A stretch of 64,000 bases of DNA from Macrostomum lignano (Eukaryota): NCBI GenBank assembly GCA_002269645.1, contig NIVC01000460.1, forward strand, positions 1-64,000. The letters are read 5' to 3'. The notes beneath the pieces were generated by a model. The model was given only the letters and a program-made list of their open reading frames with translations. It ran no database searches and was not told the DNA's origin. Below are positions 60,701 to 64,000 of this stretch, in pieces. The position numbers and the translations under genes were made by a program. Every line of letters starts with the position of its first letter. Position 1 is the first letter of the stretch.

Positions 60701-62571
60701 GAATTCATTAGTTGCAGCACGGTGATGCCGGCATAATCCGCTGCCCGAAGGACGGCGAGGCGCTCGGCTTGGCTAAAGTACGGCGGCACCGTGATCACCG
60801 CATCTTTGATGGGTTGGTCAGCGAATTTCTGAGCAGTCTCCTGGGCATTCTCCAGCAGCATGGCAAGGATCTCTTCTACAGTTAGCTTCTTGTTGCTGAA
60901 AATGTTTATGAAATTAAAATAAATATTGGAGGTAAAGACGGTGGTACATCTGATGCAATGTGCATAATTAGGGAGATGACGAAGACTAATGTACATTATT
61001 AGGGAGATGATCAAGACTGGTGTACATTGAGCAATGTACACTATTAGGGAGATAACCAAGACTGATGTACACTGAGCAATGTACATTATTAGGGAGATAA
61101 CCAAGACTGATGTACACTGAGCAATGTACACTATTAGGGAGATGACCAAGACTGATGTACACTGAGCAATGTACATTATTAGGGAGATAACCAAGACTGA
61201 TGTACACTGAGCATACATGCGCAACGTCCAAAATTCGGTCGGCCGTGCGACGTAGTTTTTGGCCAAAAATGCGACTTACATGTAAAAAAACCCTAAAGCA
61301 AAATTAACGCAACTTTGGGTAAACGGCGGGAGTAACTATGACTGTCTTATCAGGCAAAAATGCCTCGTCAGCTACTTAGTACTACTGCGTGGGTATTTTT
61401 TGGGTGGGCATTTTTGCGACTTCCTTGGTTGGCTGCCAAATCAGTCGGCCGGATCGGCCGACTCGGCCGACTGTTGCGCATGTATGACACTGAGCAATGT
61501 ACACTATTAGGGAGATGACCAAGACTGATGTACACTGAGCAATGTACATTATTAGGGAGATAACCAAGACTGATGTACACTGAGCAATGTACACTATTAG
61601 GGAGATGACCAAGACTGGTGTACACTGAGCAATGTACACTATTAGGGAGATGACCAAGACTGATGTACACTGAGCAATGTACATTATTAGGGAGATGATC
61701 AAGACTGGTGTACACTAAGCGATGTACACTATTAGACGAAGAAAGAAAAAACATAGATCATGTGCATACTATTTGGTATTGCATGCAAATCTAAACAGTT
61801 TAAAATGCTTGGCATAAAACAAAAACTCACTTCACAGTAGTAAAGGTCAGAACGCCCTCATTGTCCTCAGAGAGCTTATAATAAGGGAAGCGCTCCTGGA
61901 ACAGCTTCACAGCTGGACTATTAAGTGACTGACCAATCAGCGTTGGTATGAAAATGAAAGCATTTTGTGGGAATTTCACAGCCTGAAAAATGAAAATATT
62001 GAGAGAAACAATGTCTAGAATTTGTTATTGCATACTAAGGCATAGAAATGTACAGATGAATGAATATTTACCATAGACAGGGCTGGATCACCAATTTGGC
62101 GTTCATCATTTCGCATGCCAACAACAACAGGTGTTTTCCTTTGTGACTCCCTGCAAACATCATTGTGTTATTATGGAATTAGTTTTCATTATTTTACAAG
62201 CCAACTAAAAATATAAGGCTTTTAAATCATTTATTAACATATTTTCAACATACCTGTTTAGTGCAATCTCCATTGGAACACCAGGCTAAAAAATAGTGTA
62301 AGAATATAACTTGTGGACTTATGAACAGAATGAATTTTTAAACAATAGATTGAATTCACAAGTTTACTTACCTTCACAATAGCAATTTTCATGAACTCAG
62401 AACCCAAATCAATTGCCATAGTGGCAATTGCATCTATAATATTGATAGTTAAAAACTTAGGTAAATAATTAAATTCTTCTATATTAATACTAGAAATTTA
62501 TTTCAGTAACAGAACTTACCACTTCTATAAATAACTGAAGCAAGTAGTAATATTGTGATGATGATTTTCAT
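39768..62571 (-). CDS. HYOU1: Hypoxia up-regulated protein 1 / GRP170 (ER Hsp70-family chaperone), about 997 aa, 19 coding exons
   Basis: Exons 62571-62520, 62433-62372, 62285-62254, 62150-62072, 61982-61831, 60895-60690, 60590-60486, 60327-60068, 49643-49426, 49335-49203, 48202-48036, 47945-47716, 46809-46760, 46669-46559, 46484-46282, 45757-45586, 44759-44502, 43888-43708, 40090-39768; GT-AG, phases consistent, total 2994 nt. Signal peptide [58 protein letters not shown]-terminal DDEL. Confidence 0.95.
40210..41855. repeat. 18-19 bp minisatellite GAACTGAAGGATCGGGGG(G)
   Basis: Last HYOU1 intron. Confidence 0.95.
42054..42489 (-). CDS. HYOU1: Candidate alternative (mutually exclusive) HYOU1 exon 18b, Lys/Ala/Arg-rich
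   Basis: AAG acceptor, phase 0 in / phase 1 out like exon 18a (43888-43708); N-terminal 41 aa align ungapped with 18a. Confidence 0.6.
42780..43370. repeat. 21-bp minisatellite GGGTCATGATAGGTCAGATAG
   Basis: Between HYOU1 exons 18a and 18b. Confidence 0.93.
44001..44368. repeat. (GACT)n / (GCCT) microsatellite
   Basis: HYOU1 intron 17. Confidence 0.95.
44790..45455. repeat. Degenerate 20-21 bp repeat GGGTCATAAAGGGTCAAACT
   Basis: HYOU1 intron 16. Confidence 0.85.
45841..46105 (-). mobile_element. tRNA-derived SINE (5' truncated)
   Basis: Minus strand GGGGGTTCGATTCCC B box, central CACCCAACTGTAAAATGGGTGCCAGC block typical of invertebrate SINE cores, (ATT)n tail. Confidence 0.7.
46940..47640. 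repeat. GGGGTCATATGGGAT / GGGATCAATTCTGGGAT composite minisatellite
   Basis: HYOU1 intron 12. Confidence 0.9.
48250..49150. repeat. 22-bp minisatellite GGATTGGTGTCAGGGAGAGCCT
   Basis: HYOU1 intron 10. Confidence 0.93.
49684..51211 (+). repeat. 5' LTR of element 2 (TGATGTG...CACTTTA)
   Basis: Matches 58119-59646 with no difference seen by eye. Confidence 0.93.
51144..51161 (+). promoter_or_regulatory. Perfect tRNA-Leu-type PBS located inside the LTR
   Basis: TGGTGGCAGCGGTGGGAT is the complement of the metazoan tRNA-Leu 3' end (AUCCCACCGCUGCCACCA); also at 59579-59596. Confidence 0.8.
51213..51233 (+). promoter_or_regulatory. Degenerate PBS at the actual LTR boundary
   Basis: TGGTGGAGCAGCGGTTGGGAT, 1 nt after the LTR end; Leu-type PBS with 3 inserted nt. 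Confidence 0.65.
51638..52693 (+). CDS. gag: Gag with two CCHC zinc knuckles (frame open from about 51416)
   Basis: [10 protein letters not shown] capsid-like start, [14 protein letters not shown] and [14 protein letters not shown]; first in-frame ATG 51638. Confidence 0.9.
   Translation: MNRQMNLQTKKQIKIAKYKPSMDIRIWLEMFEMKCEREEVYDMRERKALIMDSLDMETALAAVLHMKLPHDLPYHSFREQLIERFEKLGGPNAYREEFRSRLQRKNESVDDYAETLQALGEQAYPNLRADQIEIELVDAFTRGVRVSPDTREKLLLMQPATIMEAKRALKRIEAAREFANRTRDAPVRMMQDDSRSSEHSIPKGLQELMTRQTAALERQQQATQQLLELVSSQSACPPGQQQPRAAHHQQSRWSSNVEIPRYRQRATCYGCGQERHLLGQCQRYKEQQALGKRYSCERCGESGHAVQDCQARGIDRQYKKKVSGNGAAGGCDGNNPCVNSQEPAAKNTRRQ
52606..52650 (+). promoter_or_regulatory. -1 ribosomal frameshift signal
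   Basis: G GGA AAC heptamer (52606-52612) in gag frame, followed by stem-loop CGCAGG..GTTGC-GACG-GCAAC..CCTGCG; pol is in the -1 frame and open from this point. Confidence 0.85.
52606..57579 (+). CDS. pol: Pol: protease, RT, RNase H, about 250-aa insert, integrase, long C-terminal tail
   Basis: FLLDTGS, YMDD (54151), [35 protein letters not shown]; first catalytic integrase position reads E (RVHLEIMGP). Confidence 0.95.
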   Translation, partial: GKRRRRRLRRQQPLRQQPRARSQEHPATVSFAGGEEARRSDQQDLSEIGANFVQNLCDADPYVTAHISRCSVAFLLDTGSRRNLIGSDTWSAIKAQHPNCVVSPIYSDAIQMYDGSALALLGKVFIPIEFGDFSAETEFYIAKGAHENILGINFMRENCLELNFQQGMLTFKSLTRVPVRFTRREAAASRLYTADRYTIPPRSTRVVEVKVAKGRQDLNGTPLIFEPLKSGNRVGSLTYTMAPALLTVNEGHSYLEVINNSSAEITIRNNVLLGVASPLNWQDLAYFEEPSEARVRHLQPDDAQAGKKSWIDQIEISDQLSADQKRLVRELLLQKSAAFAKDELDHGLTHLVTHEMIMTDNTPVRIPPRRVPPHLQEKLDGVIDEMLAKNIIRPAYSSYNSPVLLVPKKDGTVRLVLDYRELNKKCLRHVYPLPNIQDTFACLKGSNFYSCLDLAQGFFQIPLRQEDQHRTAFSIINRGQFCFNVLPMGLTDSPGSFQRTINLLLEGLKPHIALGYMDDILVHSVTFEQHLAHLETVLQRVIDAKLKLKAKKCSLFSAELAYLGHKLTPEGVKTDEAKLAAIRDWPVPRTASQLRSFLGLAQYYKKYIKDYSSIASPLHALTRKTITSLSKLWTDEHQQAFQALKDKLCSSEVLAYPEFTSDPKVSFILDTDASDIGIGACLGQIQSDGGEHPIAYFSRKLSAAEMRYTTTKKELLAIVDSLRHFRYYLLGKKFKIRTDHSALCWLLRQTEATGILGRWVQRLSEFDFELSHRAGKLHVNADTLSRKPETPAQCSTSALNNPCEIREATVSGPRLTALLEESAPAKDAAVKRIKSACEKSDWERSEEATVNSAHPPEIPQHSGCDEGALRPDCSPMSPPNATDSLTKTPWLDCFPISLPGVAKPSAQNSNCSPLSRSAAMPTISKVKSKRSLTLMSSNPAEMGTKASIRCGFQSRLRHANQQWMKNSARARKAPQNWLPEAECSDDDHDATGSDCTTESETNRQPDSPDALPKPQFDFDSHQSPSLPRCRFLLSEALEAPITRQELLEAQKRDPVLAKIAELKAQSAPKPSFDERLSMSKEMRNLLGYYETLCLDDDGILMIDFDDNRPIRFVLPKELDAAVMRALHDSPLSGHLGQKKTLQRVQQLFWRPGIHTVVDRYIAQCRACLESKARRKVHLPPQKFPVGDVLDRVHLEIMGPINQPSAAGHRYVLTLCDATSKYPWAYALRNQKAKTIIKVIQEQFIPIYGVPAQFHSDQGTNFTGAAFNNFCKLYGIRHTVTCPYNPASNGLVENLNRNIKSVLTCLLETKHKDWAHYLPACLIALRTAVHTVTGYSPHFLMFGRTFNLPIENELRHSPEYQNLPDYVRQFEGRLSEATALAKERIRAQQDLREDHFAGKPQVSPLQPGQLVFLANPVLEAGEAPKFHRPRKAVYKVIEQKGELVYKIRRQGEKRRARKEVLVVHRKNLLPVLTADCLPQVAEAQHPMHRQRCHPAPQAATEAPGCHAEFCTEDSDEDGDESIVDVNWAHPAAAAAALRSTRSPLQARSRGANAEVVDQGAETERGDFAPMEVAQLPSRNPSPRESPIPALPSPIAPEQQLGEISTIDRQATRTRDVDLATLNRPERLRREPDRLQVNPSRKTYASRLARLINRIFRRK
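57599..58069 (+). CDS. Putative accessory ORF3 (156 aa), Arg/Pro-rich with hydrophobic C-terminal tail
   Basis: ATG 19 nt after pol stop; [14 protein letters not shown] basic patch; ends [26 protein letters not shown]. No recognised domain. Confidence 0.45.
   Translation: MSDEENFRPERRAESSRPITPDVAHQARLPTEESDPQGRPARPRRRGKRAGRFRGEEGRQLFIRLRRAAAAVAYATPLSARNVRPPGPRPESGRNAPPPSPVSRATSTEDLAAWSRQRQATDRQITCSRAPFFLTYYFACTIFFLIKKFLLTVRFK
58119..59646 (+). repeat. 3' LTR of element 2
   Basis: Follows PPT; followed by TSD CAAT. Confidence 0.93.
59650..59955. repeat. 44-bp minisatellite ATCCCATTGAAGATTGAGGAATTAGGGAGAGATTAGGGATAATT
   Basis: Original HYOU1 intron 8 repeat into whose end element 2 inserted. 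Confidence 0.85.
60960..61738. repeat. 45-bp minisatellite GATGTACACTGAGCAATGTACATTATTAGGGAGATAACCAAGACT, split by a MITE
   Basis: HYOU1 intron 5. Confidence 0.92.
61212..61486. mobile_element. 275-bp hAT-type MITE containing a 28S rDNA-derived segment
   Basis: Perfect 14-bp TIR CATACATGCGCAAC / GTTGCGCATGTATG and 8-bp TSD ACACTGAG (61204-61211, 61487-61494); 61317-61380 resembles 28S rRNA. Confidence 0.9.
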
Positions 62572-64000
62572 TTTGCTGCAATCTGAAGCAATATATAGAT
62601 AGAATTTAGGAATTGTAAAATAAAAGGCTATGATTAAATTGTCTAATATTTATAGCAAACATATAATTAATAAATTTTATAAATTTTCTTTTGCTTATAA
62701 AAAGTTCTATATAAATCTATATATATATATGGGCAATTACTGGCTGACCTGGCTAATCTAGCCACTATAATTTGTAGTAGACCAGGGTATGTTGCACTTT
62801 TGCACTTTTAATATATACACAGGTCCTATAATTATAAATAACTTAGTAGATTCTTAATTATTAGATTTTATACTTTGCATTGCACACTAATATTATTTAC
62901 TATCATATTATTTATTATAAAATATAAAATGTTACAGAGATATAGCATAATAAGTTATATAACTAGGAATAATTCTTTATCTAATAGAAATAGATATTTT
63001 GCCTACTGGCAAATAAAAGGTGACAAACAAAACCATTGTATATCAAATTCTAATAATTAAATAATTGACAAAAATCTAGACTAAAATATTAATAATATAA
63101 ACAAATACAAATTGTGGGTATAATTTCTCATTATTTTTTAGCTTATTTGATCTTAGAAGAAAAATACAACTTCCCTTGGCTCTGTAATATTTGAACTATT
63201 TCAATGATTAAAAATCAAATAGATTACCAAATAATAATATTTATAATTCATAAAAAAAAATATATATTACATTACAACAAAGACAATAATAGAGAATTTA
63301 GGGAATTTCTATATTGTCTAAAAATCTAAATATTTATGTCTATATTATTTATAGAACAAAATTAAAACTCAAAGTATTTGTTTGAATTATACATTATTGG
63401 ACCACTTTCATTTGATATAGATTAGAATACTGAACATGTACTACTGTAGTTTTTGTGTTTAATACCTAGAAATATATTAGAAATTACACTAAAACTTTAG
63501 CTAGGTCATGCTAGATAGATAAAAGGTACACAAGCCTGCCTGTTCAGAAGTGGTTGCATAAAAATTTATAAGCTAAACTTTGACAATTCGGCATTTTAAA
63601 ATACAAAAAAGCTGTAGAATCTGTTATGTTGCACGTGCAATCTACTTATGAACTAGGCAAGTTCGACATACTAATGTAATGGGACCGATTAATAGCAATC
63701 GGGTGTAGGGTATGTCGGGTGTTGGGTGTAGGGTATTTTATACATGGGCTGCAAATCTGTAAAGAACAGATTAATAATTTGCTAAGACGTGTAACAGATT
63801 ACGTTAAATCAGTGCCATTTGTGTTATTAAACGTGTAAGTACGTATAAACAAATCATACTGCTTTATAACTGCAAAGGTGGAAATATATTCTCAAATGTA
63901 AAAAAATGGGCATCAAAAAAGATATTACTGATGCTTGAAAAAACCTTTCTATTATCTGCTTAGAAAACCCGTTTGCTTGTGTTATGAAACGTGGCCTTTT

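Noticed and set aside
61317-61380. rRNA gene
   Set aside because: Only a 64-nt diverged 28S-like fragment inside a MITE; reported as a finding instead.

Overview
Animal (eukaryotic) genomic DNA. The GC-rich polyQ/polyA exons and a private minisatellite in almost every intron resemble Macrostomum-type flatworm genomes (inference only). Two young Ty3/gypsy LTR elements with apparently identical LTR pairs dominate the window. Element 1 (1-10586, +) has an unusual layout: one ORF fusing Gag to a signal peptide and a herpesvirus-gB/chuvirus-like class III envelope glycoprotein UPSTREAM of pol, a triple ESCRT late-domain cluster at the env/pol junction, and a 3' myristoylation-motif double-RING ORF. 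Element 2 (49684-59646, +) has frameshifted gag-pol, tandem tRNA-Leu PBS copies, TG..TA ends and a basic 3' ORF, and sits antisense in an intron. Four host genes were reconstructed exon by exon on the minus strand: cytospin-A/SPECC1L-like, EPT1/SELENOI-like, a RING-less MARCH2/3-like membrane protein, and HYOU1/GRP170 with a candidate mutually exclusive duplicated exon. Also present: a 197-bp solo LTR, a SINE, a hAT-type MITE carrying the 28S rDNA R2/Pokey target region, and two sharply CpG-depleted 5' gene-body domains. All comparisons were done by eye; no database searches were run.
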